Below are positions 9,219-18,326 of a stretch of DNA of 64,000 nt, piece after piece. A program made the position numbers and the translations under genes. Numbering within the stretch: position 1 is the first letter of the stretch; every line of letters begins with the position of its first letter. A model generated the notes under the pieces. It was not told the origin of the DNA, did no database searches, and saw only the letters and a list, made by a program, of their open reading frames with translations. This DNA is from an uncultured bacterium (GTDB taxonomy: Bacteria; Fidelibacterota; Marinisomatia; Marinisomatales; JAHJCW01), in assembly GCA_965369995.1 (NCBI GenBank), contig CBDURO010000004.1, positions 4,216 to 68,215 on the forward strand. Direction: 5' to 3'.

Positions 9219-10385
9219 ATGGAAGAATTAAAACATTATTTAAAGATTTTTAAAAGGAATGGCTATTCTTCTGATGAAAACATTTCAGACTTTTGGTTTA
9301 AGAATGTAGAAAAGTTATCAAAATTAATTTTTCGCGTTCCCGGTAGTGAGGAATCTTTCTCTGTAAAAATAAGATGGAAATCTGACTTAGGAAAGATTTG
9401 TCAAAAGGAAGTATACAATTACATTGTAGAGAAGCAGGAGCAAAAGAATAGGAAATCACCCTATTTTTTTGCTGATATAGATTTTAACGATTTTACATTC
9501 GTATTTGACGGAAAGACTTATTCAATAAATAAATTTGCTGAATCATTTCCCACTCATCAATTGAGAGGTATTACAGATTTAAGAGGGATTAATCTTGATG
9601 GAATTAGCATTAATCTAAGCAATATTATAAAATGTCTTTTTACGGAAGCGTCTTTCAAAAATGCAAATTTTCAACAAAACCGCTTAAAAGCTACTAATTT
9701 AACAAAAGCAAATTTTTCAAAATCAAGATTTGTCGCCATAATAATTGATAAATACTCGTGCTTAAATTAAATCAATTTTTCCGGGGCTCTTGTAAATGCA
9801 ATTGAATTCAACGATAATTCAATTGGTGATTCAATTTTCCCCTTTACTAAAGTATCATATTTTACATTATTGAAAGATGCGCTAATTAAATTATTTCGAC
9901 CTTCGTTTCAATTATCATTAAAAAATAGAAAAGAAACAATATTCCTTTCCAATAGCACAACCAATGTAAAAAATATAAAATTAATCAGATTAACACTGTA
10001 CATAGAGTGGTATCAAAATATTTATAGTGTATTAGCCAGTTTTTCAAATATATCAATAACCAAAAGAATTAGGGTTTTTGGTAGTGTTCTTTTCACAAAA
10101 CATTGGTCATCGTGGATTGTGCTTGCCTTAAACGCGTTCATTATTAATATTATATTTGCAAGTGTTATATTTTTAGCTAAATCTAGTTTTTGTAGTAATT
10201 ACACAATGAGTTTTTTTGATGCTTTTTACCAAAGTATTGTAACTTTCACATCATTAGGTTTTGGGGATATTGTACCAAATGATTCATTAGGCCAAGTAAT
10301 TGTTATGTTTAATGTGATATTCGGTTATATAGTTTTAGGTCTATTTATTTTCTTATTAAGTAATAAAATTACATATAAGTATTAG
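9219..10385 (+). pseudogene. Pentapeptide-repeat protein fused to a 2-TM K+-channel pore domain, interrupted by one in-frame TAA (9768-9770)
   Basis: ORFs 9219..9770 and 9870..10385 share a frame, with 33 sense codons between them. The pentapeptide periodicity (NLTKANFSKSRF...CLN*INFSGALVNAIEFNDNS) continues across the stop. The C-terminal pore has the filter-like sequence TFTSLGFGDIVP. Confidence 0.65.
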
Positions 10386-10409
10386 TACTAATTATATTTT
10401 GAAATATAC

Positions 10410-10590
10410 ATCCCTCACCCTCCACAGAATTAAAAGCGACATTAATCTACACCCGCTAAGCGCGGGTTACGATCAACAAGCCCCCCTACTGACCGTTGGG
10501 CAGTTGAAAGAAGGGAATATTACAACATTCTCCTTCGGTTGCGATGTGTAGCTCCGATTTCAAAGGAGATAGACTTGTCCATCGTAATTC
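10410..10590. other. GC-enriched structured intergenic island (possible small RNA or repeat remnant)
   Basis: It contains hairpins ACCCGC-taagc-GCGGGT (10451-10467) and TCTCCTT...AAGGAGA (10529-10569) inside an otherwise AT-rich 308-bp spacer with no ORF. Confidence 0.3.
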
Positions 10591-10693
10591 AAATATTTAG
10601 GAATGTAGATGAATTATTTAATTATTATGCAACACAAATTGTAATATTTCGTAAATTTTGTTGAAAATATAGTTTATCAATTTAGAGAATACA

Positions 10694-10912
10694 ATGACTA
10701 ATAAATTAGAAAACGCATTTAAAGAAGCTTCTAAATTACCCGAAAGAGAACAAAATATAATTGCCCGATGGTTATTGGACGAAATGAAATCAGATAAAAA
10801 GTGGGATAAATTGTTCGCTAATTCGGAAGATCAGTTGGAGATATTGGCAGATGAAGCTTTACAAGACTTTAAAAACGGTAAAACATCAAAATTAGACATC
10901 AATAAACTGTGA
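10694..10912 (+). CDS. Type II antitoxin (putative)
   Basis: 72-aa acidic ORF. Its stop overlaps the start of the downstream toxin ORF by 4 nt (GTGA). Confidence 0.6.
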   Translation: MTNKLENAFKEASKLPEREQNIIARWLLDEMKSDKKWDKLFANSEDQLEILADEALQDFKNGKTSKLDINKL

Positions 10913-11178
10913 TATCTCATACCACAGAAAAATTTTGGAAAACATACTACAAACTTCCTGACCATATCCGAAAACAAGCGAAAGCTGCTTACGTTTCATT
11001 TCAAGATAATCCATACCATCCAAGCTTACATTTTAAGAGAGTTCATTCGGTTCTTCCTATTTATTCAGTTCGTATCACAAAAGATTACCGCTCTGTTGGA
11101 GTACAAAAAGATACTGATATAATTTGGTTTTGGATTGGTTCTCATTCTGATTACGAAAAATTGATAAAGCAAATGTAA
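10909..11178 (+). CDS. RelE/ParE-superfamily toxin (ParE-like)
   Basis: 89 aa with a GTG start. The pattern KLP..IRKQAKAAY..F..NPYHPSLHFKRV....IYSVRITKDYRSVG......IIWFWIGSHSDYEKL is typical of small RelE/ParE-fold toxins. Confidence 0.65.
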   Translation: MISHTTEKFWKTYYKLPDHIRKQAKAAYVSFQDNPYHPSLHFKRVHSVLPIYSVRITKDYRSVGVQKDTDIIWFWIGSHSDYEKLIKQM

Positions 11179-11254
11179 ATCCAAGCTAATTAAATATAAA
11201 TAATATTTATTCGTTTTTTTCGTCTAATTCGTTGTTAATCAATAAAATAATTAA

Positions 11255-12085
11255 ATGACAAATCAACAAAAAAATTGGAAACATATCAAAAACAAGCTTC
11301 AAGAAATTATTTTTGAAGCCGATACACCCGCCGGCAAGCTTTTTGATATTGCTTTAATAATAGCAATTTTGCTCAGTGTCGGGGCAGTCATGTTGGATAG
11401 CATCAAGCCAATCAATTTTAAGTATGGCAATCTGCTACACCTCGCTGAATGGATTTTCACAATTCTTTTCACAATTGAGTATGGATTACGTTTGCTATCT
11501 GTCGGTCGCCCGATGAAATATGCCAAGAGTTTCTTTGGTGTAATTGACCTATTAGCATTTCTCCCAACTTACTTGAGTATGCTTGTTCCCGGCAGTCAAT
11601 TGTTTTTAGTGATTCGTGTACTAAGAGTTATCCGAATTTTCCGCGTATTAAAGCTCCTGCCCTATTTAATTGAAGCTCAATTATTGATGAAAGCTTTAGC
11701 GGCAAGCCGACGGAAAATCGCCGTATTTTTATTTACTGTGTTGCTAAGCGTTATAATAATGGGCTCTTTTATGTATATCATTGAAGGTGAAGAAAACGGT
11801 TTTACCAGTATTCCACGTAGTGTTTATTGGTCAATTGTAACGCTTACAACCGTAGGTTATGGTGATATTTCACCGCAAACACCGCTTGGACAAATGTTAG
11901 CGTCTGTCATAATGATATTTGGTTACGGTTTGATAGCAGTTCCAACAGGAATTGTATCAGTAGAAATCGCCCGTAAAAGCTTCGATAAATTTACGACCCA
12001 AGCTTGCCCGCAGTGCTCTGCAGAAGGTCACGATAGCGATGCCAAATTCTGCAAATTTTGCGGTGCTGATCTGTACAATGTATAA
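11255..12085 (+). CDS. Voltage-gated-type K+ channel (6-TM) with a C-terminal zinc-ribbon
   Basis: S4-like segment LVIRVLRVIRIFRVLKLL, selectivity filter TLTTVGYGD, and C-terminal CPQCSAEGHDSDAKFCKFCGADL. Confidence 0.85.
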   Translation: MTNQQKNWKHIKNKLQEIIFEADTPAGKLFDIALIIAILLSVGAVMLDSIKPINFKYGNLLHLAEWIFTILFTIEYGLRLLSVGRPMKYAKSFFGVIDLLAFLPTYLSMLVPGSQLFLVIRVLRVIRIFRVLKLLPYLIEAQLLMKALAASRRKIAVFLFTVLLSVIIMGSFMYIIEGEENGFTSIPRSVYWSIVTLTTVGYGDISPQTPLGQMLASVIMIFGYGLIAVPTGIVSVEIARKSFDKFTTQACPQCSAEGHDSDAKFCKFCGADLYNV

Positions 12086-12086
12086 T

Positions 12087-13766
12087 TTAGTCTAATCGGA
12101 TAATCTTTGTCCCGTACGCATTAAGAGTTACCGTAACTACATTCTTATTTATGTCTCCGGCAATATCGCCACTAAAATAATCTTTAACTAAGCTAATACT
12201 ATATGGTAAATCAGAAATTGTAAAATTAGCTTGAACTCTTGAACTTGTTGGATTAGAAATAATTAAATGTCCTTTATTTTGATACATTCTACTACCAACA
12301 ATAATTAAATCATTGTCACATTCAACGGTCCAATCGGTAAAATGCGTTTCTTTTATCAAGGGCATCATTAGTTCAATTTCTTTAACCATATTTGGAAAAT
12401 CATCCCACCACAAAGCTTTTTCAATGTTAATTCCACTACCACCATCACGCCAAAATCCCAGACCTTTAGCACCTTTCGCAATCGCGCCAAACAATATTGG
12501 GCGAAAGCTTAATCCAACTCCTCGATTGATTTGCGCGATAACAGCTGGCTGTTTTTGGTTTTCGTTAATTTGCAAACCTGTAAAATTTTGAACTATTGGT
12601 CTGTCTGTTCTATCAAAAGCAACGTATGTACCGGTAACATCACTAATATTATTATATTTACGAGCCATTCCGTATGCTCCGTTAAGCATATATATAGGAT
12701 GCATCCTTTCACCATTTTTATTAATATCTAATGATTTAACTGTGTTAGTAACGTTAAGCAATTGATCGGATATTTTATAAAATTCGTTATCTATATAATA
12801 AAAAATTATATAATCCATTAAATTTTCAGATTTTATTTTATTAATAGTATTTTCTAAATGTTTGATTTTTTTTGAATTATCTTTTGGTAACCAATCAGCG
12901 TCAATTACATATTGTCCAACTTGTAAATTTGAATACAATCCTGCATTTCCACCTTTTCTTATAATGTCCGCTGATGAAGCCCACATATTCGTATTAAATC
13001 CCTGCTTGGAGTAAGTTTTCCAATCAGAACGATTTTTATCCGCATATATTCCAAACATAAAAAATGGTTGCCAATTACCATCTCTAAATATTTCTATGTT
13101 ACCATATTTATCTACTTTGGTTAAGGATCCTACAAAACTATTAACATTGTTGAAACTTTTACTTGCTGCGACATCTATTTCTGTAAATTCGATGTCATCT
13201 ATCCAAATCTCTGAATTCAAACCATACTTAGGTAACATATAAATTTTTGGAATAAAGTATTTAATGTCAGAATTATTTGGAACCGTTATATATAATTTGT
13301 TACCCTCCCAAGTTCCAATCTTTGAATTTGAGTAGTAACTACCATCTTCATTAAATAACCTTTTCTTATTACTATGATACTCTCCAAACACTGTTATTGA
13401 AGGTGGCGGCCAAATTTCCGATTTAATTTTAAATGTAAGTTCATAAGATTTACCAGGTGTTACGGGGATTCTATTTTTTGAAATCACCTTGTCAGTCCCT
13501 TGCCAAGTTTTAGCTGTTTTAGTAAGTTTTATTGAACCGGGATTTTGATCAAATGTGCTATTATTATCAATTTCAGCTTCACCATATAAATTCCATTCAT
13601 CAATAGTATTGTTGCTAGATTTTTCCAATCCTTTTTTATCAGTTGATCTTACTTGTGTACTATCACTCGCCATGATCTCTACAAAATCTTCAAGTGTTGC
13701 ACAAGATGATAAATAAACAGCTATAATTAAAGAAAAAACAATTAATATTTTTTTAGTCATTTTCAT
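12087..13766 (-). CDS. Lipoprotein: CBM-like N-terminal domain plus a putative clan GH-A-like glycoside hydrolase barrel
   Basis: Lipobox LSSC. The N-terminal beta-sandwich-like region includes PGSIKLTKTAKTWQGTD...PGKSYELTFKIKSE. An internal YYIDNEF resembles the NE acid/base motif of TIM-barrel glycosidases. The functional call is weak. Confidence 0.4.
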   Translation of the reverse strand: MKMTKKILIVFSLIIAVYLSSCATLEDFVEIMASDSTQVRSTDKKGLEKSSNNTIDEWNLYGEAEIDNNSTFDQNPGSIKLTKTAKTWQGTDKVISKNRIPVTPGKSYELTFKIKSEIWPPPSITVFGEYHSNKKRLFNEDGSYYSNSKIGTWEGNKLYITVPNNSDIKYFIPKIYMLPKYGLNSEIWIDDIEFTEIDVAASKSFNNVNSFVGSLTKVDKYGNIEIFRDGNWQPFFMFGIYADKNRSDWKTYSKQGFNTNMWASSADIIRKGGNAGLYSNLQVGQYVIDADWLPKDNSKKIKHLENTINKIKSENLMDYIIFYYIDNEFYKISDQLLNVTNTVKSLDINKNGERMHPIYMLNGAYGMARKYNNISDVTGTYVAFDRTDRPIVQNFTGLQINENQKQPAVIAQINRGVGLSFRPILFGAIAKGAKGLGFWRDGGSGINIEKALWWDDFPNMVKEIELMMPLIKETHFTDWTVECDNDLIIVGSRMYQNKGHLIISNPTSSRVQANFTISDLPYSISLVKDYFSGDIAGDINKNVVTVTLNAYGTKIIRLD

Positions 13767-13834
13767 TCCAAATTCATTAATAATAATATAAAATTTAATA
13801 TAAATTTTAATTATAGTTGACTAATTTATATTCC

Positions 13835-14629
13835 ATGATTAATACAATTTTTCAAACGGCAAATTCCGCAATTGAAAAAGCAACACAAATTGTAATGGAG
13901 GCTTACAATCTTCCCAAGATCACAGAATACAAAGGTAGAACTAATTTGGTTACTAAAACGGATAGGCAATCCGAAAAAATAATTATTAGTGAAATACGAA
14001 AAGTTTTTCCTAAGCATGGAATAATTGCCGAAGAATCCGAAAGAATTAATATAGAATCGGAATACCAATGGATTATTGATCCGCTTGATGGAACTACAAA
14101 TTTTGTACATGGTTATCCATCCTTCGGGATTTCGATTGGTGTTTTGCATAATGATGAAATTATTTGCGGAATTGTAAAGGAATTACCGGCTAACCGTACT
14201 TACTCGGCAATTATAAGAAAAGGTGCTTTTTGTGATGGTAAACAAATTTCAGTTTCTTCAGTAAATTCGTTAGAACAATCACTTTTAGTAACCGGATTTG
14301 GATATGAACACGGTGAAAAATGGTCAGCGAATATGGAATTATTCAAACAATTTACCGATATTACGCACGGTGTTCGGCGTTTGGGAGCCGCCGCTGTTGA
14401 TTTATGTCATGTTGCATGTGGTAATGTTGAAGGTTATTGGGAATTTGACATCAAACCATGGGATACTACAGCAGGAGTTATTATAGTTAAAGAAGCCGGT
14501 GGTATAATTACAAAAATGGATGGGAGCAATTATTCAATAAATAATCCGCAGATTTTAGCGACAAATGGTAAAATTCACAATGGAATGTTGAAGATTACAT
14601 CTTCTATAATTAAAAATATTTCCGTGTAA
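13835..14629 (+). CDS. suhB: Inositol monophosphatase family protein
   Basis: Motifs WIIDPLDGTTNFVHG and WDTTAGVIIVKEAGG. The track starts at the TTG at 13817; I favour the in-frame ATG at 13835. Confidence 0.85.
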   Translation: MINTIFQTANSAIEKATQIVMEAYNLPKITEYKGRTNLVTKTDRQSEKIIISEIRKVFPKHGIIAEESERINIESEYQWIIDPLDGTTNFVHGYPSFGISIGVLHNDEIICGIVKELPANRTYSAIIRKGAFCDGKQISVSSVNSLEQSLLVTGFGYEHGEKWSANMELFKQFTDITHGVRRLGAAAVDLCHVACGNVEGYWEFDIKPWDTTAGVIIVKEAGGIITKMDGSNYSINNPQILATNGKIHNGMLKITSSIIKNISV

Positions 14630-14650
14630 ATCCGTTTCCATCCGTGTCAT
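14621..14650. repeat. Three tandem 10-nt units beginning with TCCGT
   Basis: TCCGTGTAAA / TCCGTTTCCA / TCCGTGTCAT, overlapping the suhB stop codon. CGTGTAAATCCGT resembles CGTGTAATCCGTG at 59320-59332. Confidence 0.45.
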
Positions 14651-14689
14651 CCGCGCCTGACCACCGTAATCCGGCTTCTAACGGCGTAG

Positions 14690-14713
14690 GAGGTTGCTAT
14701 TAATAGCAACCTC
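14690..14713. terminator. Perfect 24-nt palindrome between convergent genes
   Basis: GAGGTTGCTATTAATAGCAACCTC, overlapping the stop codon of the 14700..16661 gene. It lies between the convergent suhB (+) and purL-like (-) genes. Confidence 0.5.
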
Positions 14714-16661
14714 GTAATCTATCCACTTTTGTTTTTATTGCATCATTAAAAGTAAATAAATCATTATCAGTTACTCTTCCGATCGTTGTGGATGGTACAC
14801 CAATCGTCATACAAATTCTTTCAAATTCCATTATATCCTCTTCGGAAAGTGATACAACAACTAATCCTTGAGTTTCACCAAATAATAGTTCTTCCACCTT
14901 CAATTTTCGTGATAAATGTATTCTCGCTCCTAATCCATTGTTACTTGCTATTAAACTTTTCGCTATAGCGATGGATATACCACCCGTGCTTACATTAACA
15001 GCTGATTTTATTAGATTTGTAGTAATTCCTTGACGAACTACGTCCTGCAAACGTTTTTCCATTCTTAAATCAACGCTTGGTAAAACTTCAGAATCATTTC
15101 CGGAAATATAGCGTTCATATACACTTCCCCCCAATTCCCCACGATGGCTGCCTAATAATGAAATGAAATTACCATCTTCTTTTAAACTGATATCCATTTT
15201 AGGAGAATTTTGTTTGTGAATTCCAATTGCAGAAATATTTTGATGCCAATAATCTTCAAATGTGTCTATGGATCGACTACCAATCTCAACTTCCAATTCA
15301 CGTATCGCTTCTTCCTGACCTTGCAATAGTTCAGATGCTGTCCATAAGGAATTCTCATTTATCTTTGGAAATATATTTTGAATTATCATAGCTTTTGGTT
15401 TTGCACCTGTACAAGTTAACCTTCTCACTGCATTAACAACTGATATACGTCCGCTTAAACGGGGTGAAATATTAATTAAACGGTTTTTATCAGCATGAGT
15501 TATTATTATTTGATCATCAATTAAATCATTTCTTGAGAATAAACCATAGCTTGAATTATTAATTGTTAATTTTCTTTTTGGTACAGGAAATTTAAATAGA
15601 ACATCATCTTCATTAATTTTAGTTAATAATTTTAATAATTGATTTGTAAATGATGTATTCTTATAGTTTTTTGAGACTTTTATTGGAGCTTGTATTTCAA
15701 TTTCAGGTTGTTGAAAATGATGAATATTAACATTGTATTGTAAGTCAAATACAGTGATAGGAAGATTAATTAGTGTATCATTTTTGTCAGTTATATGTAT
15801 AACCGGTTGATCAATCAATGTACCAATTGTATCTATTTTTAAATTATTTTTCTTGCGAAATATATTTAACTGCGGAAGACTATCGTGTTGAATAACAATT
15901 AAAATTGATAATGTATTATCATCCGAAAAATGCGAATTAAGAGACTCTGCGGAGATGTCTTTTATAATATTAATTCCCTGTTTAGTCTCCTTAATCAAAT
16001 TAATTAGGGCTACGCCTAATCCATTCCAATTGATTGCTTTTGCAAATAAAAACCACGGTTCATTATTAATTGCATCAACAATATTATTTAATTGAATAAT
16101 ATTCTTTTTGAAATACCTTTTACCAAAGTCGATTTTATACACTAATGAATTATTTAATTGTAGTTGTTCATCAGTATTTATTTTTTCCTTTAAACCAACG
16201 GCGGAAGAAAAAATAATTTCATTTTCTTCTTCTTTTATAAATCTGGCACTAAATGCATTTCTGTCTTTTCTATGATTTACTTCTTTATTTAATATCTTCT
16301 CGACATTTTGATTTGCATAACTATTAATAACAATATTATCTAATACTGTATCTAAATTATTGATATTGTTAATATATTTTGTCTGATCTCTATCAATTAG
16401 CAATGAATGATTCTGATCTATTATTTTAAAACCGGTGTTAACAAATAGATTGTATTTAGGATCAAGTTCAATTTTATTACTTACTTCACGTTTTGCGCCA
16501 TTATTTAATCGATTTAAAACTTGTAAATATTCTCGATTTTCTAATTCATTGGAAAGTATCAGTTCCATAAACTTTAATTCGATATCTGTAGGAACTCGAC
16601 CTAATTTTGAGGAAATAAATTTTATTTCAAGTTCCGACAAACGTCTCTCATCTTTAATCAT
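14700..16661 (-). CDS. Degenerate PurL-like protein (FGAM synthase II homologue lacking catalytic motifs)
   Basis: The N-terminus LGRVPTDIELKFMELILSNELENREY aligns with PurL LGR.PN..E...FS.MWSEHCSYK. The C-terminus GELGGSVYERY...PSVDLRMEKRLQDVVRQGI..NLIKSAVNVSTGGISIAIAKSLIASNNGLGARIHL aligns with the PurL AIRS_C region. The conserved His/Asp/Gly motifs are replaced. Confidence 0.6.
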   Translation of the reverse strand: MIKDERRLSELEIKFISSKLGRVPTDIELKFMELILSNELENREYLQVLNRLNNGAKREVSNKIELDPKYNLFVNTGFKIIDQNHSLLIDRDQTKYINNINNLDTVLDNIVINSYANQNVEKILNKEVNHRKDRNAFSARFIKEEENEIIFSSAVGLKEKINTDEQLQLNNSLVYKIDFGKRYFKKNIIQLNNIVDAINNEPWFLFAKAINWNGLGVALINLIKETKQGINIIKDISAESLNSHFSDDNTLSILIVIQHDSLPQLNIFRKKNNLKIDTIGTLIDQPVIHITDKNDTLINLPITVFDLQYNVNIHHFQQPEIEIQAPIKVSKNYKNTSFTNQLLKLLTKINEDDVLFKFPVPKRKLTINNSSYGLFSRNDLIDDQIIITHADKNRLINISPRLSGRISVVNAVRRLTCTGAKPKAMIIQNIFPKINENSLWTASELLQGQEEAIRELEVEIGSRSIDTFEDYWHQNISAIGIHKQNSPKMDISLKEDGNFISLLGSHRGELGGSVYERYISGNDSEVLPSVDLRMEKRLQDVVRQGITTNLIKSAVNVSTGGISIAIAKSLIASNNGLGARIHLSRKLKVEELLFGETQGLVVVSLSEEDIMEFERICMTIGVPSTTIGRVTDNDLFTFNDAIKTKVDRLRGCY

Positions 16662-16671
16662 AAATATTCCG

Positions 16672-17319
16672 TTATGTAATCTCTAATTCGTTAAATACAG
16701 CCGATATTTCATTCCAACTGAAACCTTTTCGTTTTAATAAATCGTGAATACGTTTCATTTGTTTTTGTTCAAGTTTCGTTCCGAATTGTATCTTCTTTTT
16801 ATCCAATAATTGTTTTATTAAATCAGAAACCGAATATTTTTCATATATTTTCTTAATGGTTTTTTCTAATAACTCGGATTCAATCATATGCGGAGTAAAT
16901 TCCATTCTCAATGTAAGTGGACCAATTTTTTTACTTTTAACTTTATCGTGAGCAAATGCTTCAGCAAATTCAGCATCATTTAAATACCCAATATTCAATA
17001 ACTTATCAATTGTTTCTTTGATAATATTAATCGGATATTTTTTCTCCGCCAATCTTCGCTTCATTTCTGCACAACTGCGCATACGATATCCCAATAAACG
17101 CAGGGCAGAATTATAAACCTTATTTTTTAATTCATCACCTACTAGTTCTTCGAATGAATCTTCACTGATTTCAGAACCTATTTCAAAATTATTAGATATA
17201 AAAACGTCTTCGGAAATTCCGAAGACGCTACCATCATCAAATATTAAGGTTTTTCGCTGTGGATTGCGAACTTGTGGTTTAATGTCAATAATCTTACGCT
17301 TCGGCATCCTCCGACTCAT
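16672..17319 (-). CDS. recX: Recombination regulator RecX
   Basis: RecX repeat pattern [25 protein letters not shown]...[24 protein letters not shown]. It lies downstream of and overlaps recA. An alternative start is the ATG at 17307. Confidence 0.85.
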   Translation of the reverse strand: MSRRMPKRKIIDIKPQVRNPQRKTLIFDDGSVFGISEDVFISNNFEIGSEISEDSFEELVGDELKNKVYNSALRLLGYRMRSCAEMKRRLAEKKYPINIIKETIDKLLNIGYLNDAEFAEAFAHDKVKSKKIGPLTLRMEFTPHMIESELLEKTIKKIYEKYSVSDLIKQLLDKKKIQFGTKLEQKQMKRIHDLLKRKGFSWNEISAVFNELEIT

Positions 17320-18316
17320 CCACTCCCATAAATGCTTTTACTTCTTTTAATACTTTTTCTAACTCTTTCGGATTCTCTTCCAAGTAACCTTTAGCATTTT
17401 CACGCCCCTGTCCGATGCGAATATCTCCATAGGAAAACCATGATCCTGTTTTTTGAATTATATCTCCTTTTACTGCTAAGTCCAAAATATCACCAATATA
17501 AGATATACCTTTTCCATACATTATATCAAATTCGGTCATTTTAAATGGCGCCGCCATTTTATTCTTAACAACTTTTACACGCGTGCGGTTTCCGATTATA
17601 TCAGTACCATCTTTGATAGAAGTAATTCTGCGAATATCTATACGAATAGATGTATAAAATTTCAGTGCTCTACCACCCGGTGTTGTTTCAGGATTACCGA
17701 ACATTACACCAATTTTTTCGCGTATTTGGTTAACGAAAATCACACATGTATTTGATTTGCTCACAGTTCCAGTTAATTTTCGTAAAGCTTGCGACATTAA
17801 ACGCGCTTGCAATCCCATATGTGAATCACCCATGTCTCCTTCTAACTCAGCTCGTGGAACAAGTGCCGCTACGGAATCAATCACGATTAAATCCAAAGCG
17901 CCGCTGCGAACTAACGTTTCAGTTATTTCCAGTGCTTGTTCTCCCATATCAGGTTGTGAAATAAGCAATTCATCGATATCGACACCTAAATTCTTAGCAT
18001 ATTCCGGATCTAAGGCGTGCTCAGCATCTATAAATGCTGCAAATCCTCCTGCTTTCTGCGCTTCAGCAATGATATGCAATGCTAAAGTAGTTTTTCCCCC
18101 TGATTCCGGTCCAAATATTTCTACAATACGTCCTTTTGGAACTCCACCTACACCTAAAGCAATATCCAATGAAAAGCATCCTGTTGAAATTACATTCCCT
18201 TTCAATGTAGGTCTGTCATCACCTAATCGCATAAGCGATCCCTTACCATATTGCCGGTCAACTTGAGAAATTGCTAAATCTATAGCTTTTGTTTTTTTAT
18301 CTCTATCATCTGCCAT
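17294..18316 (-). CDS. recA: Recombinase RecA
   Basis: Walker [13 protein letters not shown], plus [10 protein letters not shown] and [37 protein letters not shown]. Confidence 0.98.
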   Translation of the reverse strand: MADDRDKKTKAIDLAISQVDRQYGKGSLMRLGDDRPTLKGNVISTGCFSLDIALGVGGVPKGRIVEIFGPESGGKTTLALHIIAEAQKAGGFAAFIDAEHALDPEYAKNLGVDIDELLISQPDMGEQALEITETLVRSGALDLIVIDSVAALVPRAELEGDMGDSHMGLQARLMSQALRKLTGTVSKSNTCVIFVNQIREKIGVMFGNPETTPGGRALKFYTSIRIDIRRITSIKDGTDIIGNRTRVKVVKNKMAAPFKMTEFDIMYGKGISYIGDILDLAVKGDIIQKTGSWFSYGDIRIGQGRENAKGYLEENPKELEKVLKEVKAFMGVDESEDAEA

Positions 18317-18326
18317 TATAATTCTC

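Noticed and set aside
17294-17319. The 26-nt recA/recX overlap as a possible recoding site.
   Set aside because: Overlap or tight coupling of recA and recX is common. An internal ATG at 17307 gives a shorter overlap, and no slippery sequence is present.
17757-18266. A 169-aa plus-strand ORF opposite recA.
   Set aside because: It is a shadow ORF of the highly conserved recA coding sequence, and I recognise no motif in it.
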